A stretch of DNA of 27,773 nt from Candidatus Latescibacterota bacterium (GCA_038279365.1 JAYODI010000036.1:1-27773), one strand, 5' to 3'. Positions 15,869-25,818 are shown, counted from the first letter of the stretch. The notes: generated by a model from the letters alone, not told the origin. Program-made: numbers and translations.

Positions 15869-18800
15869 CTATTCACCTCGGTCAAGCAAAGAATACACCG
15901 TGGGAATAATTACCAACGTCAAAATGGTCGAACTGATCAAACCCGCCACCACAGTAATGGCCATCGGCGTACGAATTTCGGCACCATCACCCAACCCCAA
16001 AGCCATCGGCAACAATCCCAATACAGTGGTAGATGTGGTCATCAAAATAGGCCGTAAGCGCACTTCCCCCGCCTGAACGATCGACTCTATTTTTGACACA
16101 CCCGAACGGCGCAAATGATTGATATAATCTACCAAAACAATGGCATTGTTCACCACGATCCCCGCCAGCATAATCATTCCCAAGAAAACCACCACCGAAA
16201 GTGGTACGCCCGTCACAAACAAAACAAGAATAACGCCAATCAATGCCAATGGAATGGTAAACATAATCACAAACGGATGGACAAACGACTCAAATTGTGA
16301 GGCCATCACGATATACACCAAAAAAATGGCCAATGCCAATGCAAACGTTAAGCTATTCAGCGATGTTTCCATCTCCTTGTTTTGTCCGCCAATGACCACC
16401 GAAACATCTTGCGGAATATCCATGCCTTCTAAGGCCTGTTGGATCAATGTGGTCATCGTGCCCAAATCCACACCGCTAACATTTGCAGAAATTAAAACTG
16501 CACGCTGTTGATCAATTCGCCGAATTTCACTCGGGCCTTCATGCACTTCAATATCGGCTACCGCCGACAAGCGAATCGGTACTTGTCCATTGGGGTTAAC
16601 AACCAATCGTCGTAAATCAGAAACCCCTGCCCGATCCGATTCATCCACACGAACCAATACATCAATGCGCCGATCCGCTTCGCGAAAACGCGTCACCACA
16701 TTGCCCTGCACTTTTTCCCGAACCAACGAAGCCACAGACCGTACATTGAGGTCATACTTGGCCAGCAAATCGCGATTGTAAACAATCTGAACCTCAGGAT
16801 TTCCGCGCTGCAAACTCGACTTGACATCGTATAATCCACCAATATCGGCCATGACACTCTCCGTTTCACGTCCTAAGCGCGTCAGAGTAGGCAAGTCATA
16901 ACCACGAATTTCCACTTCAATCGGTGTTTTAAAACTAAACAATGCAGGGCGAGCAAAATCAGCCTTAAGCTGAGGCAAATCGGAAAAACGCCCACGCAAA
17001 TCGGCCATCAGGTGATCTTCGCGTTGGGCAATGGGGCTATTCCCGCGGATACCGCTCCAAATCCGCCCCGGCAATTCAACCATATCTGTCCACCACCGGC
17101 TCAAAGCACTTTCATGAACATCCACCTTTTTTTGTGCCAAGACCACAGAAATAACACCCGTGTGCTCACCCTGATCAGAGGACGACACTGCCGTTTTATC
17201 AACCCCCACCGCAGACGAAATATTGCCCACATCAGGCGCTTGTAAAATGCGCGATTCAAGCAGCTTTACCGTTGCATCCGTCGATTCCAGCGGCGTCCCC
17301 ACAGGCAAACTGACATCCACATGAAACTCACCTTGGTGCACTTGGGGAATCAACTCAGTACCCAACTGGGGTAACAAAAGAAACCAACAGGCCACAAAAG
17401 GAACCACAGCGCCCATCACAACCGTTAAACGATTCGCCAGTGCCCAACGAATAAAAGGCGAGTATGCATTTTGTACCCAATTGAAACCCTGCTCAAACAA
17501 AAATAAAATAGGCGCCAACAAGGGTAACACAACCAATGCCAACAATATCAAAGCCGTTAATGCAGTTAAAAAAGTCAACATCAACACCAAAATCAAAACT
17601 TTTCCCAACAATGTCAGCACGGTAAAAATTAAAAAACGCAACAAAAAGTAAACAGGCCCCAACACAAACAGCAACAACACCCCCACCTCACCCACAAGGC
17701 CAGGTAGCACCTTTAAAATCTTTTTTAATAAAGTACCTTGCCAAGTCCAACGTGGCACACGCTTTACAGCCCCCCAAGTCCACCGCATTTGACCGACCAA
17801 ATCTGCTCCCAACGTATTGGGCGTTTGATAACCCAACAAATCATCCCAAATACGACGCACCCACGCCCGCCCAAAAAGGTCTCGTCCTTCGGCCCAAAGA
17901 CAAATGCGCTGCCACAATTCGCCTGCTGTTGTTTTTTTCCGCAATTTTTGCACCAACAACGCAATTGGAAAAAACAACAAACCACCCAAAATCACCAAAG
18001 CGGCTTTTACCACCACCACCACCGCCACACCCAAAACCCACAGCACACGCCCCACATATTCAAGCAACAACCACGGCAACCCCACCACCACCCGCCCAGC
18101 CACAGTTCCCAAACCCATATCGCCATTTTGCCGGGCATCAATGGTTTCGCGCAAAGAGGCAATTGAACGCAATTGCAAAATCTGTGATTGCGTCATGTCT
18201 CTCAATCTGCCCTCACCATCTTCTCCTTTGCCCAAATTGACCTGACGAGAAGCCAGCATAGGAATAAAAAACAATGCCACACCCAAAGAAGCCAGCAATG
18301 AAAAAACCACCGTCAATGCCATATCACCAAAAATTTGCCCAGCAACACCTTCTACAAACACAATGGGGAAAAACACGGCAACCGTTGTCAACGTTGACGC
18401 AAACACAGCCCCCCCCACTTCGCCCGTACCTCGGATCGTTGCCGTAACCAGATCGTCGCCATCTTCACGGCATCTAAAAATACTCTCCAATACCACAATG
18501 GCATTGTCCACCAACATACCAATACCCAAAGCCAAACCACCCAAAGACATAATATTGAGCGACACCCCAAAAATATTCATAGGTGCAAATGTGGCCACAA
18601 TAGATATGGGAATGGCCAGCCCCACAATGGCCGTATTGGAAGGATTACGCAGAAAAATATAAAGCACCAAAATGGCCAAAATACCACCCACAACAGCGGT
18701 TTGTTTCACTTCGTTCACCGAAGACTCAATAAAAGTTGATTGGTCAGCCAACAACTCCATATTGACATTTTCAGGCAGCGAAAAAGCGATAAAGCTGGTC

Positions 18801-19840
18801 ATCTCCTTCATTTGTACAAACTGACGCACTTGTGCCCCTCGATCGCCCGATTTGGCTTGTTCAACTTGGCCAGCTTTTAACTTCTTTGCATATTCCAATT
18901 GCTCTGGGGTACCAAACAAACGGTCTTTAACCCGCTGAGCAGTGGCCACAATGTTGGCGTCGGCTTCTTTAAAAATTTCAATCTCAACACTCTCAATACC
19001 ATTGACCCGCGTAATAATTTCGCGCTCTTTATTTGTTCTGCGCACCCGCCCCACATCCTTCACCCGAATCTCAACACCATTGCGTTCTCCCACCACCAAA
19101 TTGGCAATTTCGTCAATTTCACGAAACTCATTCAGCGTACGCACCAAATATTCCGTTTGGCCATCCAACAAACTCCCACCTGCCAAGTTGACATTCTCTT
19201 CTTGTAATCGGCTGTTAATGGTATTGATATTCAAACCCATCTGAGAAAGCTGGCGTTCACTAATCTCCACCCGAATTTCTTCTTCTAAGCCACCTTTAAC
19301 ACGTGCAGCCGCCACACCTTTGAGTGCTTCTAACTCTTGTTTTATCTCTTCTTCGGCAATTTGTCGCAACACAAACATACTGCCTTGCCCATAGATACCT
19401 ACCCGCATAATAGGATCTTGAGTGGGGTCATACCGCAAAATAAGGGGACGATTGACACCTCGGGGCAAATTCAAACGATCTAAGTTTTCACGCACAGTTT
19501 GAACCGCGTCATTCATGTCGGTTCCCCAACCAAATTCCAAAATCACATCCGACAACCCTGGCCGTGAAATAGAGGTAATGCTTACCAAATTGCTCACAAC
19601 CCCCAACCGCTGCTCAATAGGCCGCGAAATCAAGTTTTCAACTTCTTCAGGTGCCGTATCGGGGTAATCTGTACGCACCGTGAGTGTTGGGTAGGAGATA
19701 TCGGGCATCATATTCAACGGCAATTGTTGATAAGACACATAACCAAAAACAGCAATGGCCAGTACCACCATAAATATGGCCACTGGCCGACGCGTTGTAA
19801 TTTCAAAAGTACTGGAATAATCTCGCTTAGAATCGTTCAA
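15869..19840 (-). CDS. Efflux RND transporter permease (AcrB/AcrD/AcrF family), unusually long (1323 aa)
   Basis: RRPVA, PEEVE, GMLVDNAIVVLE, ASQFES, GIVVNNAIVLVD, RLRPILMT. TTG start after a GGGAGG SD. Confidence 0.96.
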   Translation of the reverse strand: MNDSKRDYSSTFEITTRRPVAIFMVVLAIAVFGYVSYQQLPLNMMPDISYPTLTVRTDYPDTAPEEVENLISRPIEQRLGVVSNLVSITSISRPGLSDVILEFGWGTDMNDAVQTVRENLDRLNLPRGVNRPLILRYDPTQDPIMRVGIYGQGSMFVLRQIAEEEIKQELEALKGVAAARVKGGLEEEIRVEISERQLSQMGLNINTINSRLQEENVNLAGGSLLDGQTEYLVRTLNEFREIDEIANLVVGERNGVEIRVKDVGRVRRTNKEREIITRVNGIESVEIEIFKEADANIVATAQRVKDRLFGTPEQLEYAKKLKAGQVEQAKSGDRGAQVRQFVQMKEMTSFIAFSLPENVNMELLADQSTFIESSVNEVKQTAVVGGILAILVLYIFLRNPSNTAIVGLAIPISIVATFAPMNIFGVSLNIMSLGGLALGIGMLVDNAIVVLESIFRCREDGDDLVTATIRGTGEVGGAVFASTLTTVAVFFPIVFVEGVAGQIFGDMALTVVFSLLASLGVALFFIPMLASRQVNLGKGEDGEGRLRDMTQSQILQLRSIASLRETIDARQNGDMGLGTVAGRVVVGLPWLLLEYVGRVLWVLGVAVVVVVKAALVILGGLLFFPIALLVQKLRKKTTAGELWQRICLWAEGRDLFGRAWVRRIWDDLLGYQTPNTLGADLVGQMRWTWGAVKRVPRWTWQGTLLKKILKVLPGLVGEVGVLLLFVLGPVYFLLRFLIFTVLTLLGKVLILVLMLTFLTALTALILLALVVLPLLAPILFLFEQGFNWVQNAYSPFIRWALANRLTVVMGAVVPFVACWFLLLPQLGTELIPQVHQGEFHVDVSLPVGTPLESTDATVKLLESRILQAPDVGNISSAVGVDKTAVSSSDQGEHTGVISVVLAQKKVDVHESALSRWWTDMVELPGRIWSGIRGNSPIAQREDHLMADLRGRFSDLPQLKADFARPALFSFKTPIEVEIRGYDLPTLTRLGRETESVMADIGGLYDVKSSLQRGNPEVQIVYNRDLLAKYDLNVRSVASLVREKVQGNVVTRFREADRRIDVLVRVDESDRAGVSDLRRLVVNPNGQVPIRLSAVADIEVHEGPSEIRRIDQQRAVLISANVSGVDLGTMTTLIQQALEGMDIPQDVSVVIGGQNKEMETSLNSLTFALALAIFLVYIVMASQFESFVHPFVIMFTIPLALIGVILVLFVTGVPLSVVVFLGMIMLAGIVVNNAIVLVDYINHLRRSGVSKIESIVQAGEVRLRPILMTTSTTVLGLLPMALGLGDGAEIRTPMAITVVAGLISSTILTLVIIPTVYSLLDRGE

Positions 19841-19939
19841 CCGACTGCCTCCCGATCAGAAAAACAATGCCCTCTGTCACCTCAAAAAATCAGCGAATCG
19901 CCCATCTCATTGCGATCCGCCCAAAATCTTATTCTAATT

Positions 19940-19973
19940 AAGCCCTGAATCATCAAAACATGATTCAGGGCTT
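19940..19973. other. 14-bp perfect hairpin between the MFP and RND genes
   Basis: AAGCCCTGAATCAT / ATGATTCAGGGCTT with a 6-nt loop; only a weak U-tract in the sense (minus) direction. Confidence 0.75.
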
Positions 19974-19981
19974 GTTGTTAT

Positions 19982-21160
19982 TTATGTATTTTTGGGATCT
20001 TTTTCAACTTCTGTCGAATCAGGTTTGGCTGGGATGCGAAGTCCTTCACCATCAATAATACGCACCTTCGCCTTATCTTTTAATCCATTTTGCCCCACAA
20101 CCACAATCAAATCACCTTTTTCAACACCCGATACCACCTCAACATGCTCAGTGTCATCAAATCCAATATCAAACCGAACCTTTTGAGCCATGCTGTCTGT
20201 CACCACAAACACGTGAGGCATACCATCATCGTAAACAACCGCACGCTTGGGCACCAATACGGCTTCTAAATGTGTGGCCGTTACAATGTGGGCGTTGACA
20301 AACATACCAGGGCGCAAACGACGATCACTGGCAGCCAATTCCAAAGTCACCTTAAAAGTACCACTGCCAGGATCAACCACGGGGCTAATACGCAAAATGC
20401 GTCCTTCAAACTTCTCATTGGGCAAAAAATCTGTTGTAATCAATGCACGCTGCCCCATTGACAAATTCTGCATGCCTTGCCCAGGAACGTGTACATGGGC
20501 AATTAAACGAGATAAGTTGACAATTTCATATAACTTGGCATTTTGCCCAACGCGGTCACCAATTTTTACCAACCGCTTTGCAATCACCCCATCTACGGGG
20601 GCACGCACATGCGCATAAGCCAAAGCCAGTCGTGCACGTTCCCAACGGATTTTGGCTTGTTCCACAGTCATTCTCAAATCTTCATATTCTTCTTTGGCCA
20701 ACAGCTTCCGATTATATAGCTCGGCCTTTCGACGCAGTTGGGCATCGATCTTTTGATAAGCCAACTTGGCCTCAGACTCGTCCAACTTGAGCTCATCATC
20801 CACCAATTCAACCAAAACCTGCCCTTCCGATACTTTTGATCCTTCTTCAACCAAGATGCGACGTACCAACCCCGATGCCTGGGCATAAATATCAATGGTC
20901 GCTTCGGCCTCCACCGTGGCACTATAAAGTACATGCTCCGAAATCTCACCCGTTTCGACGGCTAAGACCTTTACGGGAACCCCTTCATTCACTTTTTTCT
21001 TATCATCTTTTTTGGCTACTTTTGTCGAATCGGTCTTTGTCGAATCCGCTTTGGCACCCTCAGACTTCTTCGCACCTGCCTCATCGCCACAGCCAACAGC
21101 AAAAGCCAATACCAATACCATAAATATGTGCAGACGCACATCAACCCAAAATCGCTGCAT
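19982..21160 (-). CDS. Efflux RND transporter periplasmic adaptor (membrane fusion protein), lipoprotein
   Basis: Lipobox AVGC; VEEGSKVSEGQVL lipoyl half, VRAPVDGVI, ISPVVDPGSGT, LRPGMF, VVVGQ. Start at ATG 21160 after GAGGGG. Confidence 0.95.
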   Translation of the reverse strand: MQRFWVDVRLHIFMVLVLAFAVGCGDEAGAKKSEGAKADSTKTDSTKVAKKDDKKKVNEGVPVKVLAVETGEISEHVLYSATVEAEATIDIYAQASGLVRRILVEEGSKVSEGQVLVELVDDELKLDESEAKLAYQKIDAQLRRKAELYNRKLLAKEEYEDLRMTVEQAKIRWERARLALAYAHVRAPVDGVIAKRLVKIGDRVGQNAKLYEIVNLSRLIAHVHVPGQGMQNLSMGQRALITTDFLPNEKFEGRILRISPVVDPGSGTFKVTLELAASDRRLRPGMFVNAHIVTATHLEAVLVPKRAVVYDDGMPHVFVVTDSMAQKVRFDIGFDDTEHVEVVSGVEKGDLIVVVGQNGLKDKAKVRIIDGEGLRIPAKPDSTEVEKDPKNT

Positions 21161-21212
21161 AAAATTACCCCTCACAGATTTGAAGAACGGAACAACAATA
21201 AGGTTACTGCAT

Positions 21213-21240
21213 TTGACGCGTTAGCAAAAGCCGATGTTTC
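21213..21240 (-). promoter_or_regulatory. ECF sigma-type promoter for MFP-RND
   Basis: GAAAC-N17-CGTCAA on the minus strand, about 50 nt before the start; embedded in the inverted repeat TTTGACG (21212-21218)...CGTCAAA (21240-21246). Confidence 0.5.
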
Positions 21241-21410
21241 GTCAAAATTGCATGATTACTTGATATATTTATAAAAATAACCCACAATGACATCAAACGC
21301 GTCATTTTTTTAGCTATATGAATATTTTTTTACATAAATATAAGATACCCGAATAAACAGGCATAGACAATATACTGAACATATAAGCACACTTCAAGGT
21401 TTCCCAAAAG

Positions 21411-21442
21411 AAAAAAAGGCGATTCGAAATGAATCGCCTTTT
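21411..21442 (-). terminator. Intrinsic terminator of mrp
   Basis: AAAAGGCGATTC / GAATCGCCTTTT stem with a 5-nt loop; long U-tract on the minus strand. Confidence 0.88.
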
Positions 21443-21459
21443 ATAAAACAAAATCTGCT

Positions 21460-22251
21460 TTAAATTTTAACCAACCCTTTTAACACCACTTCTGCAATCT
21501 CCCGAAAACGCATTGCAATAGGAGACTCAGGATCTGAGGCCACCAACGGCACACCCGAATCACTACCCAATTGCAAGCAGGGGTGCAAAGGAATTTCACC
21601 TAAAAAGGGTACATCATACAAATCGGCCGTGTGTTTGCCTCCCCCATGCCCAAAAATAGAAGTCTCAGTGCCACATTTGGCACAGACATACGAACTCATA
21701 TTTTCAATCACACCCAATACCGGCACATTGACGGTGCGAAACATTTCTACCCCCCGGCGCACATCTTCCAAGGCCACTTTGGGAGGGGTGGTCACAATCA
21801 CGGCACCATCCATAGGAGCCGTTTGGGTAAGAGTCAGTTGCACATCACCCGTGCCAGGGGGCATGTCTATCACCAAGCAATCTAAGGGTGCCCACTTCAC
21901 ATCTTGCAAAAATTGTGTCACCATCTTGGCCAGCATAGGCCCCCGCCAAATCACGGGCACGCCATCACCAGCAATCAAACCCAGTGAAATAAATTTGACA
22001 CCGTGACGCTCTAATGGGATAATTTTGCCATCTTGCATTTCTGGTTGTTGCTTCAACCCCATCATAATAGGCACATTGGGACCATAAATATCGGCATCCA
22101 TCAAGCCCACTTTGGCACCTGTATTGGCCATCGCCACAGCCAAATTGGCCGCAGTGGTCGATTTGCCCACCCCCCCCTTGCCACTGGCCACAGCCACAAC
22201 ATGTTTGATGCCCAACAATTCAGGAATCTCTGGAGTCGCGGGTGTATTCAA
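21460..22251 (-). CDS. mrp: Mrp/NBP35/ApbC iron-sulfur cluster carrier ATPase (short form without the N-terminal FeS_assembly_P domain)
   Basis: VASGKGGVGKST, DADIYGP, WRGPM, DMPPGTGD, VTTP, ENMS-x3-CAKC. TTG start after AGGAGG. Confidence 0.95.
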   Translation of the reverse strand: MNTPATPEIPELLGIKHVVAVASGKGGVGKSTTAANLAVAMANTGAKVGLMDADIYGPNVPIMMGLKQQPEMQDGKIIPLERHGVKFISLGLIAGDGVPVIWRGPMLAKMVTQFLQDVKWAPLDCLVIDMPPGTGDVQLTLTQTAPMDGAVIVTTPPKVALEDVRRGVEMFRTVNVPVLGVIENMSSYVCAKCGTETSIFGHGGGKHTADLYDVPFLGEIPLHPCLQLGSDSGVPLVASDPESPIAMRFREIAEVVLKGLVKI

Positions 22252-22301
22252 GTCAACCTCCTAAATGACACAACAAAATTCAAAAAAAACAACTCGGCCT
22301 C

Positions 22302-22330
22302 AATATATCCCATAGCAACAATGCCGTCAA
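22302..22330 (-). promoter_or_regulatory. sigma70-type promoter for mrp
   Basis: TTGACG-N17-TATATT. Confidence 0.7.
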
Positions 22331-22407
22331 CCCAACGCTTCATTTTGTGACCAAAAGAAAATACCTATATTTTACCATAAATTAAAAAATTGTTCATTCT
22401 CCTGCTT

Positions 22408-24452
22408 ATGAAAAAAAACATCCTCTACTTCATAATTGGCCTCGCAGCACTCATTCGTCTGTTCCATTTAGACCATGGCCTGCCTGAAATTTACGAAGAA
22501 GCCACGCCCATGCGTCAAGCTTTGGAAATGTGGCAAGGCCATCACGGCACATTTGACTTCAATCCCCATTTCTTCAATTATCCCGCACTCTACTTCTATA
22601 TCCAATTCATTGGTCAAGCCTTTTATTTTTTGCTTAACCTCCTCTTTGGGCGTTTCCCACACCTCAATGACCTGTTCTTGCACCATCGCAGTGACCCCAC
22701 AGAAATGGTTCTGCTTGCCCGACTGATCAATGTTCTCTTCGGTTTAGGCAGTATCTGGGGCATGTATCGCCTTGGTGATCTGTTGCGCAACAAACAAACA
22801 GGTATTTGGGGGGCAGCTCTCTTCGCGCTTATGCCTCTTCCCGTTCACACAAGCCGTATCATTTTGGTTGATACACCCCTCCTGTTTTTTGGCATTTTAT
22901 CTTTTATCTATACCATTCACATATCCAAAAACAACACCCTCAAAAACAACCTGTGGGCAGGCATTTGCATAGGATTGGCAACCGCCAGCAAATACACAGG
23001 TGCCTTATTTGTCATTCCCTTCTTAAGCGTCCACATCCTACACAACCGTTCTTTATCCCACCTTTTTCAACATAAAAAACAAATAGCCACAGGACTCCTG
23101 TCTGCGGCCGTGATCTTTTTTATTTTTAATCCCTATATCTTGCTCGATTTCAAAGCCTTTTGGGCCGACTTCTCTTTTGAACGCACCCATATGGCCTTGG
23201 GGCATTTTGGCGTAGATGCAGAGCGCACACATATCACATACCTTCAAAATCTATGGCACAATTTTAGTTTTGGACTCACCCCCTGTTTACTGTGGGGCAT
23301 CTGCCTCTGTGGCAAACACCGAAAAGACCACCCACAAGAAATCCCGCTTTGGATATTCACTATTTTTTATCTCTTGCTCATTTCCACTTGGTCCATGCAC
23401 GCCGCACATTATTTATTACCCATATTCCCACCACTTGTCTTGGTCACTGCCATAGGTCTTCAAAATTTTCTAAAACACATCAGTCCATCCCTAAAAATCA
23501 TCCTTCCAATCGTCATACTGATCATTTTACCGACAAGCCTACACACCCTTCACTACCTCACAGACAATGCCAAACCCGATGCCCGCCTTGCAGCAAAACG
23601 CTGGATCACACATCATATCCCCCAAGGTGCATTAATTGGCAAAGAACACTATACCCCCGATTTGCCAGCAGACTCATACAACCTGCTCCGTTTACCTATG
23701 GATGCAATCTTACCAGAAATCGTTTCACCTTTTTATAACATCGCATGGTATGCCGACTTTGATTATCTAGTCATCAGTGAGGGTGTTTCTGCACGCTATC
23801 TGAAACAACCCGAAAAATTTCCAAATCAAATTCAGTTCTACAACAATTTACAAACCCATTGGCAACGCGTAGCAACCTTCTCAGGAGACCATTTTTCGGC
23901 CCTGCCATTCACATTTACCAAAACCCAAGTCCCCATATCCATCCCGTATTATATTCAGCCCAACAATACGACACGTTAATAGGTGAAAACAACCGTGTTG
24001 CCACAGATTTGCTGACCCGTCTGGCCGACTTATTTGCACAAAAACAATGGCATCAAAAAGCACTCGATGTCTATGAGCATCTCTTGCTTATCACATCGCA
24101 AAAAGATGACGTTCTTTACAAAATGGGGGCCATTTTTTATCAACTCGAACAAATAGATCAAGCGCAAACACTCTGGAAACAAGCCTTACAAAACAACCCA
24201 CACAACATCCGTTTACTCACCAATTTGGGCGTAATCTCTTTGCAACAAGGCAATACCCCACAGGCCATTCAATATTGGGAAAATGGGCTTCAACAAGCCC
24301 CTACAGACCCAGACCTGATCCACAACCTCGTTTTTGTCTATACCCAAACAAAACAGCCATCACGCGCCATTCAAATTTTACAAAACGCCCTCCAAATAAA
24401 CCCTCATGATACCGCTTTCCAATCAACCCTTCACAACCTCCAAACACAATAA
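22408..24452 (+). pseudogene. GT-C membrane glycosyltransferase (ArnT/PMT_2-like) with C-terminal TPR domain, split by a 1-nt frameshift near 23892-23896 (may be a sequencing error)
   Basis: ORF 22390..23979 has multiple TM segments, NPHFFNYP, VDTP and ASKYTG. ORF 23859..24452 carries TPR repeats. One extra T in the T5 run joins them as ...SGDHFFGPAIHIYQNP... Confidence 0.75.
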
Positions 24453-24482
24453 AAAACGCCCACTGCAAAGTGAGCGTTTTTT
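24451..24482. terminator. Bidirectional intrinsic terminator
   Basis: AAAAAACGCCCACT / AGTGAGCGTTTTTT with one mismatch (a G-U pair on the minus-strand RNA), between convergent genes. Confidence 0.85.
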
Positions 24483-24512
24483 ATCTACATGAAAAACAAC
24501 CTCAAATATCCA

Positions 24513-25637
24513 CTACAACGCCGTCTGCGCAGACATCACACATTCAGCCAATTTGGGAATGCCTTCTTGAATCTCTTTCAATGACGCATACCCAAAAGCC
24601 AAACGAAGGTATTTGACATCTTCATTGTGCACATGAAAAGCCTTGCCCGTTGCATAATCAACACCCATTGCCTCGGCAAGTTGTTCACATTTTACCGTAT
24701 CGGTCGTTTCGGGCAGCTTGACCCAAATAAACAAACCACCTTTGGGCCGGCTAAACCACTCGAAAGCATTGGGATATTTCGCCAATTGCTCAAACATCAA
24801 ATCGCGCGTCCCCTTCACAATCTGATTAATCTGATCTACATGTGTCCACAAATTTTCACGAAAATATTCATACACCACAGCCGCCGCCAAGGTGCTGGTC
24901 CCCCCATCACGGCGAATAGACAATATTTGCCCCAACAAAGGTTGTTTGGTAAAAAAACATCCCAACCGTACACCAGGGCCTAAAATCTTAGAAAACGACT
25001 CGATATGTACCACCGGCACCTCCGATGGCAACGTATAAAAAGACGGCACGTAATAATCATCTTCATAAACCGTATCGGCATAACAATGGTCTTCGACCAC
25101 GGGCAATTCATATTGTGCGGCCAATTGCAACAATTCTTTGCGCCGTTCCAATGGCATCACCGCACCTGTGGGATTTTGAAAGGTTGCCAGCACATAAATA
25201 AACTTGGGCAAATTTCCTTTATCAGCACGCGCTTTGAGCACATCAGCCAAAGCATCCATGCGCATCCCATATTCATCTACGGGAATGCCCACCAATTCAG
25301 CGCCTTCTTTTTTATAAGCCCCAATCGTACCTGAATAACTAAATTCTTCCATAATCACGCCATCACCTGGTTTTTCAATAAACATTTGCGCCATTAAGGT
25401 CACACCTTGCATCGACCCATTGGTCAAGGCGATTTCATCCACAGAAGGCGCCACACCCTCGCGCTTACGCAAACGATCAACCATCAACTGGCGCAAGGGT
25501 TGATATCCCAAACTGCCCGGATACAAAGCCAGCTGATTGCCCATTTCAGGCAAAATACGCATGGCAGCTTCACCCAAGGCGCGGTTTGGAAATGATGCAG
25601 GATCGGGTCGCCCGCTTCCAAATGGATAACTTTCCAT
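24513..25637 (-). CDS. PLP-dependent aminotransferase class I/II (ARO8/LysN-like, no HTH)
   Basis: GSGRPD, TNGSMQG, FQNPTG, EDHCY, SFSKILGPGVRLG (PLP lysine), GGLFIW, YLRLAF. ATG 25637 after AGGAG. Confidence 0.92.
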   Translation of the reverse strand: MESYPFGSGRPDPASFPNRALGEAAMRILPEMGNQLALYPGSLGYQPLRQLMVDRLRKREGVAPSVDEIALTNGSMQGVTLMAQMFIEKPGDGVIMEEFSYSGTIGAYKKEGAELVGIPVDEYGMRMDALADVLKARADKGNLPKFIYVLATFQNPTGAVMPLERRKELLQLAAQYELPVVEDHCYADTVYEDDYYVPSFYTLPSEVPVVHIESFSKILGPGVRLGCFFTKQPLLGQILSIRRDGGTSTLAAAVVYEYFRENLWTHVDQINQIVKGTRDLMFEQLAKYPNAFEWFSRPKGGLFIWVKLPETTDTVKCEQLAEAMGVDYATGKAFHVHNEDVKYLRLAFGYASLKEIQEGIPKLAECVMSAQTAL

Positions 25638-25713
25638 GAACAACACTCCTCTGAAAAAAACGTCTCACTACATATTAAAAATCGCATTGGATCACATCAC
25701 CATCTCATGGTGC

Positions 25714-25742
25714 ATAATAACACCGACACAAACCAAATGCAA
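25714..25742 (-). promoter_or_regulatory. sigma70-type promoter for the aminotransferase
   Basis: TTGCAT-N17-TATTAT with extended -10 TG. Confidence 0.65.
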
Positions 25743-25751
25743 GCAATCACA

Positions 25752-25789
25752 AATAACAAAAAGCCGCACCCTTTATCGGCCACGGCTTT
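25752..25789 (-). terminator. Intrinsic terminator of the methyltransferase operon
   Basis: Minus strand AAAGCCGTGGCC-GATAAA-GGGTGCGGCTTT followed by TTGTTATTT (imperfect stem with G-U pairs). Confidence 0.65.
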
Positions 25790-25818
25790 CATATTTTAAA
25801 TCACACACCCTTCCAAGT

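Noticed and set aside
17738..18245. Several plus-strand ORFs with poly-His/poly-Pro/poly-Thr runs opposite the RND insertion
   Set aside because: They arise from the Val/Gly codon-rich (GTG/GGT) minus-strand coding sequence and the strand skew; there is no independent evidence of coding.
16120..18520. RND proton-relay motifs read DN and NN rather than AcrB's DD and K
   Set aside because: VDNAIVV / VNNAIV variants are common in this broad RND subfamily, so they are not evidence of inactivity or novelty.
21020..21050. Short tandem repeat tttgtcgaatc x2
   Set aside because: It encodes the DSTK-x-DSTK low-complexity linker of the MFP lipoprotein; not a CRISPR array or mobile repeat.
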